Positions 1 to 10,253 of a DNA stretch of 64,000 nucleotides are shown here, one piece after another. This DNA comes from an uncultured delta proteobacterium (lineage in GTDB: Bacteria > Myxococcota_A > Polyangia > Fen-1088): positions 1,280,001-1,344,000 of the forward strand of contig CAVTRY010000011.1 of assembly GCA_963737265.1 (NCBI GenBank). Direction: 5' to 3'. A program made the position numbers and the translations under genes. Under the pieces are notes generated by a model. That model did no database searches, was not told the DNA's origin, and worked only from the letters and a program-made list of their open reading frames with translations. Numbering within the stretch: position 1 is the first letter of the stretch; each line of letters starts with the position of its first letter.

Positions 1-1
1 G

Positions 2-106
2 ACCGGAGAGCTGCAATACCAGACCGCCATGCCCACCTGGACCTCTGTCGCCCTGGGGCTTCTCTTCACAGCGGCGACCCTGGCGGATCGCCAGGCGTGG
101 TTCTGA
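2..106 (+). CDS. 3' end of an upstream gene (partial, hydrophobic C-terminus)
   Basis: Frame 2 reads TGELQYQTAMPTWTSVALGLLFTAATLADRQAWF* with TGA at 104-106. Confidence 0.4.
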   Translation, partial: TGELQYQTAMPTWTSVALGLLFTAATLADRQAWF

Positions 107-200
107 CGACCACACATGTACGTCCAGCGTCCCGCCCGGCCCGCGAGGTTTTCCCATTCGTAACAGATCCTTCACGTGACAGCTCGTATGATTAGTCGCT

Positions 201-2049
201 TTGGAAGGTTTGGACAGCACCCCAGAAGAAAACCTGGAAAGGGCCCTGGTCGATGGGCGATGCGACTGGCGGGAGGAGGCTGTGCGCAACATTATCGACA
301 AAGAGCAGATCACGCCGCATTTTCAGCCCATCGTCGATCTGCACCACGGCAAGGTGATGGCCTGGGAAGTCTTGTCGCGCGGGCCGGCAGCTTTTTCCTC
401 GCCGTCCGAGATTTTTGCCAAGGCGGAATCTCTCGGTCTGCTCTCGGAGGTCGAAAGCGTCTGCCGCAACGTCGCTTTGCGCACCATCGCGCGCTTCCCG
501 TTGCCGTTGCGGTCGCGCTCGTTCTTCATCAATGTCAGCCCGAACGTGATTGGCGATCCGCGCCTACTCAATGGGCACATGCAGGCAGAGCTGGCGAACC
601 TTGGGCTCGATCAGCGTAACTTCGTCATCGAAATCACCGAGCGCGAGTCCATCGTGGACTACACCGCTTTTGAGCGCCAGATCCGCTACTACGTCGAGCA
701 GGGATTCAAGATCGCGCTCGAACGACCTGGGCGCTGGCCACTCGGGCTTGGTCACGTTGGTCACGTGCTCGCCGCACTTCATGAAGCTCGACATGACCCT
801 CGCGCGCGACATTCATCGGCACGCCTACAAGCAGCACCTGGTGAAATCGCTGATTGCGTTTTCGGCCAGCGTGAACGCCTCGCTCATTGCCGAGGGGGTC
901 GAAACCTGGGCGGAGCTCGAGACATTGGCGCGTTTGGGCGTGCGCTACGCACAGGGCTTCCTTTTCGCACGGCCGGCCAAGGCTCCGTCGGAGGTCTCCG
1001 ACGAGATGCGCCTCGAACTGCGACGGATCACGCGTCAGTTCCACTACCGCGAATCCGACCTCAACGAGACCGTCGGTCCGCTCGCGATCCGTTGCGGGGC
1101 CATCCGCGAAAAGGAAAAGCGCGGCGAGGACGTCAATCGCATCTTCGGGCAGAACCCGTCGATCGATCATCTGACCGTCCTGCGCGGAGAACGCCCCATC
1201 GGCCTCATAACACGCCAGGACTACTTCACCAAGACTGGCGGCCCGGTTGGCTATCACCTGTTTCAATGGAGGCCAGCCGAGGAGCTGGCACGGTCGGCAC
1301 CACTCATCGTCGAGAATTCGATCAACGTGACGGCGCTCGCGAAGCTGGCCATGCAGCGGCCACCGGACGAGTTGTACGATCCGGTGATCGTTGTCGACGC
1401 CGACGGCAAACTGGTCGGAACCGTGACCATTCGCCAGCTGATCGTGCGCTCGACCGCGCTCGAGGTTCAATCGGCGCAGGGATCGAGCCCGCTCACCGGA
1501 TTGCCCGGCAACCGCAGCATTGAAAGCTGGATCCTGAACGCGCTCGATCAACCGGATTCCCATGTGCTCTATGCCGATCTCGATCGCTTCAAAGAGTACA
1601 ACGATTGTTATGGCTTCCTGCGCGGCGACGAGATGCTGCGATGTCTCGCGCGCGTGCTGTCGCGCGTGCTGTCGACCCTCTCAGCCGAGGCCAAGCTGGG
1701 ACACATCGGAGGTGACGATTTCGTCATCGTGTCGCCCACGCCAGTTGCCGCCGAGAGCGTCGGGACGCTGTGCCGGCAATTCGATCTCGCCAAGATCGAG
1801 ATGTTCGACCCGGCGGACGCAGAACGCGGCTTCTTTCGCGCCACGGACCGCCGCGGCCAAGAAGTCGAGGTTCCGCTGGTTACCTTGAGCGTAGCGGTGG
1901 TTCCGCGCGAGGCCGCGCAGACCGCCGATCACCCGGGCGCCCTGGCGCAGATGGCCGCGTCGCTCAAACGCAAGGTCAAGCAGATGACCGCGGCCAGTCG
2001 AAAGAGCGAGTTTCTGTTCGAGCGCCGCGGAGTGCGGCCCGTGAGTTGA
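201..2049 (+). CDS. EAL-CBS-GGDEF diguanylate cyclase/phosphodiesterase (frameshift at ~721, probably a sequencing error)
   Basis: FQPIVDL..WEVLSRGP, FINVSP, VIEITE in ORF 201; DLGAGHS, MKLD, IAEGVET, YAQGF, CBS-like pair, SPLTGLPGN, YADLDRFKEYND, GGDDF in ORF 550. Removing one A at 721 restores KIALDDLGAG. Confidence 0.9.
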
Positions 2050-2651
2050 TAGCGGACGCCACCGTGCGAAACAGGACGCAGAAAGCCCGCGCCGAGATCC
2101 GCCACGAAGGACTGCTGTCGCCGCTCTTCGGCTGGCGCTATCCGCTGGTCGTGGCGGCGATTGCGACGCCGCTGTTTGCGATCTATTGCTATCCCTATAC
2201 CGACGGCGGTGCGATGGCCGCGGGCATTCGCGCCTATCTTTCGGGTTACGCCAAGCTGGTAGGCATCGCGATCTCCGTCTTCGACCCGCACGCCGTGGTC
2301 CGTGGCAGCCGCATTGACGGCAATACGTTCTCGATGAACATTGTCAAGACCTGCGACGCCATGGAGGTCAATATCCTGCTTGCGGCGTCGCTTGCCGCCT
2401 TCCCGATGCCAGCGCTGCGGCGAGTCCTCACGGTCCTCACGTCCGTTCTATCACTCGTCCTTCTCAACATTGTTCGCCTGTGCGTGCTCTACTGGCTGGG
2501 GGCGCACGCGCCGGCTTGGTTCGATCGCGCGCACGAGATTCTCGCGCCTTTGTTCATGGTCGTCTGCGCTCTGGCAATCTTTGTCGCCGCCACCCTGCGT
2601 GCGAACCCACGACCTCGACAATATCCTGCCCAGACGAGCGCAATGCTATGA
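2046..2651 (+). CDS. exosortase/archaeosortase family protein (exosortase H-like)
   Basis: Short multi-TM protein with Cys-Arg-His triad in family context: IVKTCDAME, LNIVRLCVL, FDRAHEIL; start TTG 2046 or GTG 2064. Confidence 0.8.
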   Translation: MIADATVRNRTQKARAEIRHEGLLSPLFGWRYPLVVAAIATPLFAIYCYPYTDGGAMAAGIRAYLSGYAKLVGIAISVFDPHAVVRGSRIDGNTFSMNIVKTCDAMEVNILLAASLAAFPMPALRRVLTVLTSVLSLVLLNIVRLCVLYWLGAHAPAWFDRAHEILAPLFMVVCALAIFVAATLRANPRPRQYPAQTSAML

Positions 2652-3331
2652 CGGCGGGCCGACGGCGCAGGCCGCTTTGTTTCGCCGTCCTACTGATTCC
2701 GCTGCTGATCATTTTTGCCTGGCCGTTTGACCTGGTCGGGCGTGGCTATCGTTCTTTGGTCTGCAACGCGATCAACGGCTCGATCATGAATTCCACGCTG
2801 ACCGCCAAAGTAGCCCGGCTGTTGCCCGACCCGCGGCCCGGCCCCGACTGGCGCGCCATCGTCGCGGTGTGGAATCAAACCACTCGTTCGATCGAGGAAC
2901 GCTTCCCGCTCGACCTTCACCAGCTCTTCTACTTGCCAGCGGCTGTGTTTTCCGCGTTGACCCTGGCCGGCAAGTGGACATGGGGCGGCAAGCGGGTTGT
3001 GTGGAAGCTGCTAATTGGCGTCGCTCTATTTCAATTGCGGCCAATTCCAATATTCGTTGCCCGGGAGCGCGCGGTTGTCGGCGTCTTTCAATACGACGGA
3101 GCCTTCGACGTTTTCCTCGTGCTCTTCAATCGAAGCCTGGTCGCCCCGCTCGGTATGGCCTACGCGCTGCCTGTTCTTTTGTGGTTCGGCCTGTTTCGGC
3201 GATCAATTGCGTCGGCCGCAAGGACCTCGACCCTGCCGTCTCACGCGAAACGCGCCAACCAGAGCGAGAGCGCCGGTCAGCACCCAGATCGCGAATTGCG
3301 GGACCGGCACGGCCACGGGCAGCGGTCCTGA
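2648..3331 (+). CDS. membrane protein, exosortase-associated-like
   Basis: ATGA overlap with the exosortase stop; about 4 hydrophobic segments. Confidence 0.6.
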   Translation: MTAGRRRRPLCFAVLLIPLLIIFAWPFDLVGRGYRSLVCNAINGSIMNSTLTAKVARLLPDPRPGPDWRAIVAVWNQTTRSIEERFPLDLHQLFYLPAAVFSALTLAGKWTWGGKRVVWKLLIGVALFQLRPIPIFVARERAVVGVFQYDGAFDVFLVLFNRSLVAPLGMAYALPVLLWFGLFRRSIASAARTSTLPSHAKRANQSESAGQHPDRELRDRHGHGQRS

Positions 3332-4636
3332 TGTCGAAACCGAAAAGTCGAACTGTTTGCTTGCGCCCAGGGCATCGGTCACGATGGCCGACACGGTGAA
3401 CGCGCCGTTCGCCCCTGCGGGCGCAGTCCACACCACGCGCGAGGTGCCTGTGGCGTCAACCTGATTTGACAACGTGCCGGCTGGCGAGAGCCATTGAAAG
3501 GTGAGCGGACTGCCCTGCGGATCACTTGCCTCGACGGAAAAGCTCACGCTGCCGCTTGCATCGACCACGCTCGTTGATTGCGCGCTGAGGGTGACGGCAG
3601 GCGCTTCGATGGGAACGGTGTTGCCAACTGGCAGGGTCGTCTGACCGGTGGTCGAACCGCCGCGGCCGTCGCTGACGGCCACGACGAAATCGCAACCAGT
3701 GTCGGTCGCGCCGGCTGCCAGTGTGAAGGTGGTGGCCGCCGTCGTTGTGCTCGAAAAGGCGCCGCGCGAGCACGTGCTCGTCCACGCGAACGAAAGGGCA
3801 TCGTCGTCGGCATCGGTGGCATCGACCACAAGGGCTGTCGGCAGACCGGGTACGAGGTTGCCTGGGTTTGCGCCAAGATTGGTGACGATGGGCCAGTCAT
3901 TGAACGAGACCTCGACGTCGGCCTGTCCGACATCGCCATTCGCCGAGACGTGCACCACCAGCGATGCCGACGTCGCCGCTCCGTGATCGTCGGTCACGGT
4001 AAGGACCAGGGTCTGGTCTCCCTCGGTGGATGGCGCGGTCCACTGGGTCGTGGCGTTTGAAGGCGCCGAAAAGCCATCCGACGCCGGACTCGCCGACCAG
4101 GCGAATACGATGGTGTCATCCGCGTTCGGGTCGTGGGCCGTGGCCTCAGCGATGATGGAAGCTCCGGGTGCGATGGTCGTGGACGACAGCACCAGGGAAT
4201 CGATGACGGGAGCCAGATTGTCGACCGAGAGATCAACCTGGGCTTGTCCGGCCGTGATGATGACCGCTGCCACCTGAGCCGACGCGACCGTGATTCCCGA
4301 GGCGAAGCCCGCGTCGTCGAGAGCGTCGAGGGCCCTGCCCTGTATGCCGACCTTGAAAAGGTAGTCTCTTCCGACGGGCAACGAGGCGATAACCGCGCCC
4401 CACGTTCGGTTATCTCCGCGATCGGAAAGTCGAAACGTTCTCGATGCCGACAGGGCGGGACCGCTGACCGTGGCGACGACGACGCCGCGATCGACCGCGC
4501 CGCGTGGTCGGACCGACAAGTTTACGCTGCCGGTTTGATGTTTCTTGCCACTGCAAGCCGCTACGGCCGGCAGCGCGGCCAGGACTCCGATCGCAAGTGC
4601 GGCGGGAATCCGCACTTTTCCATTGGAAGGGAACAT
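3203..4636 (-). CDS. lipoprotein with three Ig/PKD-like domains and a C-terminal sorting signal (IPTL-CTERM-like)
   Basis: Lipobox AVAAC; three repeats of the N.P.I...A.D.D.D.L.F.W...W.AP type; C-terminus VAVPVPQFAIW + TM helix + RVRR. Confidence 0.8.
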   Translation of the reverse strand: MFPSNGKVRIPAALAIGVLAALPAVAACSGKKHQTGSVNLSVRPRGAVDRGVVVATVSGPALSASRTFRLSDRGDNRTWGAVIASLPVGRDYLFKVGIQGRALDALDDAGFASGITVASAQVAAVIITAGQAQVDLSVDNLAPVIDSLVLSSTTIAPGASIIAEATAHDPNADDTIVFAWSASPASDGFSAPSNATTQWTAPSTEGDQTLVLTVTDDHGAATSASLVVHVSANGDVGQADVEVSFNDWPIVTNLGANPGNLVPGLPTALVVDATDADDDALSFAWTSTCSRGAFSSTTTAATTFTLAAGATDTGCDFVVAVSDGRGGSTTGQTTLPVGNTVPIEAPAVTLSAQSTSVVDASGSVSFSVEASDPQGSPLTFQWLSPAGTLSNQVDATGTSRVVWTAPAGANGAFTVSAIVTDALGASKQFDFSVSTSGPLPVAVPVPQFAIWVLTGALALVGAFRVRRQGRGPCGRRN

Positions 4637-5149
4637 AGCGAGCCTCCGTGGGTCCGAGACGTTGCGGAGGTAACCTATGCCTCACCCGAAAGAGATTGTG
4701 TCACGCCTGTGCAACGTTCCGGCATACCTTCAGTCATCACGACAGCTACTGCCGAGTGAGAAGGAGTACCGAATAGGCGATGCCGTCATCGGTGTGAACG
4801 CCGGTCGCGAGCGAGGCATGGGCACGCCGACACCTGTATGCCGCACTGTCCTTCTCTCGTATGCTGCGTTGTCTGCGATCGATCAAACGAACCGGTTTCG
4901 GGGAGAAATAGACAGCAGTCACACAATTGTTCTTTTTGTGACACGATTGTTGTTTTTTCCGGTCTAGCAGCGCCTGCCTATCCTCGAATACTATGTCGCA
5001 GTCTACCCGCGATCACTTGCGCCGATACTATTGGAAGACACCATTAACCGTCAGAACGGTCGGCCGCCGACCGTGGCCGACGTCCGAGAGAACGACCGCC
5101 TCTTTCCGCACAGCCAAACAAACGGACCGCGGAGATTTGGAATCAAGTC

Positions 5150-7429
5150 ATGGACCAGGCTCAACAGCGCTTCAATGTCAGCGAGGGCGGCGCCCCGCCA
5201 GACGGCGAAGTCGCGCCCGGACCGTCGAGCATGCTGGGAACGACCGATCCAGCTTCGTCCACCCCTGCGCCGCGGTCGGTCAGTCGTGAGCGTCTGATCA
5301 ACAAGCTCAACTACCTCAACTTCCAGAACAGGACCGTCCTGCTCGCCTTCGAGCATGTACGGTACGGACACACGCTGCGGGTGGCGGCCATGCCGCAACC
5401 GTGCCGGGAGAACCGCCTGCGCTGCACCTGGGTCGACTCGCGCGCCGGCCGTGCAATCTGCAGGTACTACGTCTTCTCCGCCCTGTTGATCCCGGACGAG
5501 CAGAAGCTGCTACAGGGCACAGGTCAGGTGATATCGGTGGACGAAGAAGGGATCGTCATCGAGCTTCCCGAGGAATGCACAGAGGTCCTGTCCCGCAGGG
5601 TCGTGCGGAACCCCTCCAGAGACATTCAGGTTCAGCTCCTCAAAAGCGGCTCCAGTTTCGAGGGCACGCTGGTAGATTTCAGCCCGCTCTCGTTCCGCGC
5701 ACGCGTTCGCACCTCGCCGCCACAGACCTTTGGCTGGCTGAACGCTGGCGCTCCGGTGATGGTCGTTCTCTCGAAGGACAGGGAGATTCTCTACTCGGGC
5801 GACTGCAGGATTGTCAGCAAGACCGGCGGACGGAAATCCCGGGAGTACGTACTCGAACCGACGCAGGGTCGCATCCAGCGCTTCGAGCGCAAACAGTACC
5901 GCAGCGTTCGCCGGCAATTCGTTCCCCAGCCGACCATCGTGTTCGAGCACCCGCTCACCGGCAGGCTGGTATCGCTCAAGGTGCTGGACGTTTCCGGCTC
6001 GGGCCTGGCGGTGGAAGAGAATGCGCGCAACGCCGTTCTCATGCCGGGCCTGATGATCCCCCGGCTCGATCTCTGCCTTGCCAGCAACTTGAAGTTGCCC
6101 TGTCGAGCCCAGGTCGTCTACCGCCAGGTGCTGGATCCCGAGTCCGAAGATCCCCGCATCAAGTGCGGGCTGGCACTGCTCGACATGGATGTCGCAAGCC
6201 ATGTCCAGCTGGTGGGGCTTCTGCACCAGACCGCCGACCGTCGATCCTATGTCTGCAACCAGGTCGACATGGACGAACTGTGGAGTTTTTTTTTCGAGAC
6301 GGGTTTCATCTATCCGCAGAAGTACGGCTTCATCCAGAAGAACCGGGAACAGATCAAGCAGACCTACGAGAAGCTCTATACTCGCAACCCTAGCATCGCT
6401 CGCCACTTCATTTATCAGGACCGGGGCAAGATACTCGGCCACATGGCCATGGTGCGTTTCTACGACAGCACATGGCTGATTCACCACCATGCGGCGCGCA
6501 CCAACTACACCTATAAGGCCGGCCTAACCGTACTCGATCAAATCGGTCGTTTCATCACCGACTCCTGTCGCTTCCCCTTCATGCACATGGAGTACCTGAT
6601 TTGCTTCTACCGGCCAGAGAATCGCTTCCCCCAAAGCATCTTTGGCGGCGCATGCCGCAGCATCGACGATCCCCGAAAATGCTCCGAGGTTGTCTTCGCC
6701 TATTTCCATGTGCAATCCGACCGAAGCGATGTCCAAGGCAGCTTGGGCGACTATTGCCTGAGTCCGGCCGACGATGACGATCTGCGCGAGCTATCCAGCT
6801 TTTGCCAGCACGAAGCGGGTGGGTTGATGATTGGCGCGCTCGACCTCGAACCGGGCGAGATCGAGCATGGTCGCAGGGGCGCAGGCGGGCTTTGCCCACG
6901 GCCTGACGGCCTGCAGCCGGAGCGCGCGAAACCGAGCGCGGCGAGCGGCGTGGAGGGTGGCGGGCAGGGGCCGAGGGATTGGGAACCCTTCCAGGGTTCC
7001 CATATCAGCGATCTAAGCGAGGAATTCGGCAAGCTCGGATTGAAGCGAGAACGCCAGCTCTACGCGCTCAAGCGGAACGACCGCCTGCAAGCCATCGCGA
7101 TGGTCAATCTCGCCGATATCGGGCTCAACCTTTCCGATCTAACCAACTGCATCACCCTGTTCGTGCTGGATCAAGAAGACCTGACAAATGAAATAGTCTA
7201 CAATGCCCTCTCCGTTCTGATGAAGAGCTTAGGTCAGGAACAGCTGCCCGTTCTGATCTATCCCGAAGTAGCTGCCGAAAGCTTGAAGATACCGGTCGAG
7301 AAGCGTTACGTGATGTGGTCTCTCATGCCGCATTTCTCGGATGGTTTTCACCACTACACGAACGCGGTTCTTCGAGCGGTTCGAAGGAACGGGGGCACCC
7401 ATGACAACCGACGGCCGCCGCCTGTATAA
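5150..7429 (+). CDS. tandem PilZ-domain protein with C-terminal GNAT-like region
   Basis: RRVVR..DFSPLS and RSVRR..DVSGSG PilZ motifs; C-terminal RHFIYQ..ILGHMAMVR..WLIHHHAA pattern (GNAT fold is inference). Confidence 0.75.
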   Translation: MDQAQQRFNVSEGGAPPDGEVAPGPSSMLGTTDPASSTPAPRSVSRERLINKLNYLNFQNRTVLLAFEHVRYGHTLRVAAMPQPCRENRLRCTWVDSRAGRAICRYYVFSALLIPDEQKLLQGTGQVISVDEEGIVIELPEECTEVLSRRVVRNPSRDIQVQLLKSGSSFEGTLVDFSPLSFRARVRTSPPQTFGWLNAGAPVMVVLSKDREILYSGDCRIVSKTGGRKSREYVLEPTQGRIQRFERKQYRSVRRQFVPQPTIVFEHPLTGRLVSLKVLDVSGSGLAVEENARNAVLMPGLMIPRLDLCLASNLKLPCRAQVVYRQVLDPESEDPRIKCGLALLDMDVASHVQLVGLLHQTADRRSYVCNQVDMDELWSFFFETGFIYPQKYGFIQKNREQIKQTYEKLYTRNPSIARHFIYQDRGKILGHMAMVRFYDSTWLIHHHAARTNYTYKAGLTVLDQIGRFITDSCRFPFMHMEYLICFYRPENRFPQSIFGGACRSIDDPRKCSEVVFAYFHVQSDRSDVQGSLGDYCLSPADDDDLRELSSFCQHEAGGLMIGALDLEPGEIEHGRRGAGGLCPRPDGLQPERAKPSAASGVEGGGQGPRDWEPFQGSHISDLSEEFGKLGLKRERQLYALKRNDRLQAIAMVNLADIGLNLSDLTNCITLFVLDQEDLTNEIVYNALSVLMKSLGQEQLPVLIYPEVAAESLKIPVEKRYVMWSLMPHFSDGFHHYTNAVLRAVRRNGGTHDNRRPPPV
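6866..7003 (+). repeat. putative in-frame palindromic insertion (135 nt) inside the PilZ gene
   Basis: CAT at 6866-6868 and 7001-7003; terminal hairpin TGGGAACCC-TTCCA-GGGTTCCCA at 6980-7002; encodes a Gly/Arg/Pro-rich low-complexity stretch. Confidence 0.5.
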
Positions 7430-9450
7430 CAGTCGAATCATCGACAATTACATACGATTGATCGCCAAGAAGTATCCGGAGATCCAGGTTTCGGATCTGC
7501 TCGAGTATGCCAGCATGACCGCCCACGAGGTGGCTGACGAAGGGCACTGGTTCACGCAGGACGAGATCGACCGCTTCTACGCGAAGCTCTCAGAACTCAC
7601 GCGAAACCCGCTCATCGCGCGAGAGGCCGGTCGCTATGCGGCGCACCCGGACGCCATGGGGGCAATGAAGCTCTTTTTCCTGGGAACGGTCGGGCCCGGC
7701 AAGGCCTACGAGCTGATTGGAAGGGGTGCGCGCCGGTTGACACGTTCCTCGACCTACGAATCGCGAAGCCTGCGCTCGAACAAGGTCGAGGTCACAGTCG
7801 CCTTCGGGGAGGGCGTGGAAGAAAGGCCCTATCAATGCGAGAACCGGATCGGTTTCTTTGAAGCGATCTCTATACTCTTCGCTCGCAACGCGCCGGCAAT
7901 CGAGCATCCGGAGTGCATCTTCCGAGGCGGGAAGACATGCCAGTACATCATCTCCTGGAGCGCGTCGAAAGCAGACTTGTTCAAGCGAGCGCGTAACTAC
8001 GCGGCGGTGTTCTCCGTCCCATTGGTCATCCTGGCTGCCATGGTCGCTCCCCGGTTCGGGCTTGCCCAGTTGTTGCCTGTGGTGATTGCGATTTTGTCGT
8101 TCCTCACGTCGCTCTGCCTTTCGCTGGAAAAGAAGGACATGGCCGCAAGCCTGAACAGCCTGTGCGACTCGACCCATCAACTGGTCAACCAGATTGAGAT
8201 GAACCACAACAATGCGGTTCTGACCAGCGAGATCGGCCAGTCCATCAGCAAGCGTTCTGGGTCGGTGGATGTCCTGCCCAGCGTGGTGAAAGCCTGCAAG
8301 AAGTGGCTCGACTACGATCGTTGTATGATCCTCCTAGCGGATAGCGGCAGAAGACACCTTGTTTTCGGCGCCGGCTATGGCCACGACGATCGGCAGATCA
8401 AACTCTTGCGGCAAACCGCCTTTCACCTGGACAAAGCCGGGATCGCGGGGCGTTTTCGTAATTTGTTTCAAGCAGCAGAGGTCGTTTCTCGTGAGCAACG
8501 TGGAGGAGATCGAAGACGCGCTCTCTCTCAAGAGTATGTCCTATGCCAAGGAGCTGGATGCGGAGTCCTTCATCTGCTGCCCCATCGTCAGCAACGGGGA
8601 ATCGATCGGCGTTCTGGCGGTAGACAACGTCAAGACCAAGCGGCCACTGGTCGAGACCGATCGCAATTTGCTGATCGGCGTGGCCTCCGTGGTCGGCATC
8701 AGTTTGCGCAACGAGGAGCTTCTCAAATCCAAGGACCGCCAGTTCCGCTCCATCCTGCACGGGCTGGCCGCCAGCATCGACGCACGCGATCCGCTCACCC
8801 GGGGGCACTCGGAAAAGGTCACGGAGTACACGCTGGGAATCTGCAACGAGCTTGGTTTTTCGCCCGAGCAGCGCGAGGTGATCTCGACCGCGGCGCTTTT
8901 GCACGACTACGGCAAGCTCGCGGTGCCGGACGCGATCCTTCGCAAGCCCGGCCTCTTGACTCCGCGCGAGCGGGAGTTGGTGAAGATTCACGCGGAGCAG
9001 ACCGAGAGGATCCTTCGCCAGATCAGCTTCGAGGGCATCTACCGGCAGGTTCCGGCCATCGCCGGCGCGCACCACGAAAAGATGGACGGCAGCGGTTACC
9101 CGCGCGGACTCAAGGGAGAGGAGATCCCGCTGGGAGCCCGGATCATCGGGGTGGCCGACTTCTTCGAGGCCATCACTGCCAAGCGCCACTACCGCGAGCC
9201 CATGCGCAGGGAAGAGGCCATCGCGCTTCTGAGGCGCGAAGCCGGCAAGAGCTTCGAGCCCCGCCTGGTGGACGCCTTCCTGCGCTATTACGAACAAGCC
9301 TATCCCGCGCAGCTCGAGCTCATGGCCCCGGTGTCCGTGCAACAGCCCGAGGAGACTCCGGTGCCGAAGACGCCGGTCGCGCTGATGCTAGGCCAGCCGC
9401 CCGAGGAAACTCCGGCACCGAAGACGCCGGTCGCGCTGAGGACTGCTTAG
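7401..9450 (+). CDS. membrane HD-GYP phosphodiesterase with N-terminal V4R/HNOB-like sensor, 2 TM and GAF (frameshift at ~8433)
   Basis: IEHPECIFRGGKTCQYIISW (V4R-like), TM pair, FICCPI..IGVLAVDN GAF, LLHDYGK, HHEKMDGSGYPRGL; removing one A at ~8433 gives HLDKPGSRGVF. Confidence 0.88.
9345..9439 (+). repeat. 54-nt-period duplication encoding PEETP(V/A)PKTPVAL twice
   Basis: Near-identical 41-nt copies begin at 9345 and 9399. Confidence 0.85.
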
Positions 9451-10253
9451 ATGGGTTTCTTCCCCTTGCACATGATGAGAGGCGTGTAGATGAATCGCCG
9501 GGGGTGATCGAGAAATGCGACCAGCTCGCGGCGAAAGTCCTCATATCCGCCTGGGTAGCCTTTCGCGAAGACGCCCGGAGTATTCCGAGTCGCCTCCGCC
9601 TTGGACAGCCAGTTGAAACGGTCGATCTCGGACAGTTCTCCGTAGATCAGGTGATGGGCCGACATTCGCACCTCGATATCGACGCATCCCAGGTCGTAGA
9701 GGTAGCTGTAGAGCTTTCTGCCGACAAAGGGGTCGAAACCGTTTTGCTTCTGCATGGCGAGCACCATGTCCCCCATCGTCTTTTCCAGACGCTCGCACGC
9801 GCCGAAGTGCCCCAGGCAGTTTTGGTCGAGATCGATCAGGCAGATGGTTCCGCCCGGTCCGAGGACCTGGTAGGCGTTCTTCGCGATGGCGAACGATTCA
9901 TCGGCGAAATACTCGAGCAAGAACCGGCTCCATACCAGGTCGATCCGACCCAGGTCGACGAGCGGGTCGCGAACATCTCTTTGCAGGTAGGTGATCCCGC
10001 TATTGGAGAATCTCTCCCTGGCGTACGCGATCCGCTGCGGCGAGCCGTCGATCCCCACCACCTCGCCTCCTGGCTGGGCGAGGCGGTTCAGGATATGGGT
10101 CGTCTTTCCGGCGCCGCAGCCGAGGTCGGCCACCCGTATACCTGGAACGACCCCGGCCCAGCGGGCCTGCTCCTCTACCGTTCCGGAGTCGGTCTTGAGG
10201 TCGAGCCGGAGGGACTCCTCCTCGCTTTCCATGAAGTAGGTGGGACCACTCAT
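9447..10253 (-). CDS. class I SAM-dependent methyltransferase
   Basis: VADLGCGAGK, VVGIDGS, DLVWSRFLLEY, LGPGG; alternative start at 10313. Confidence 0.9.
   Translation of the reverse strand: MSGPTYFMESEEESLRLDLKTDSGTVEEQARWAGVVPGIRVADLGCGAGKTTHILNRLAQPGGEVVGIDGSPQRIAYARERFSNSGITYLQRDVRDPLVDLGRIDLVWSRFLLEYFADESFAIAKNAYQVLGPGGTICLIDLDQNCLGHFGACERLEKTMGDMVLAMQKQNGFDPFVGRKLYSYLYDLGCVDIEVRMSAHHLIYGELSEIDRFNWLSKAEATRNTPGVFAKGYPGGYEDFRRELVAFLDHPRRFIYTPLIMCKGKKPI

Noticed and set aside
715-725. Frameshift in the EAL gene as programmed frameshifting or phase variation
   Set aside because: A single extra base in a short run, repeated at ~8433, ~27770, ~40817 and ~53585, with no slippery heptamer; consistent with long-read error
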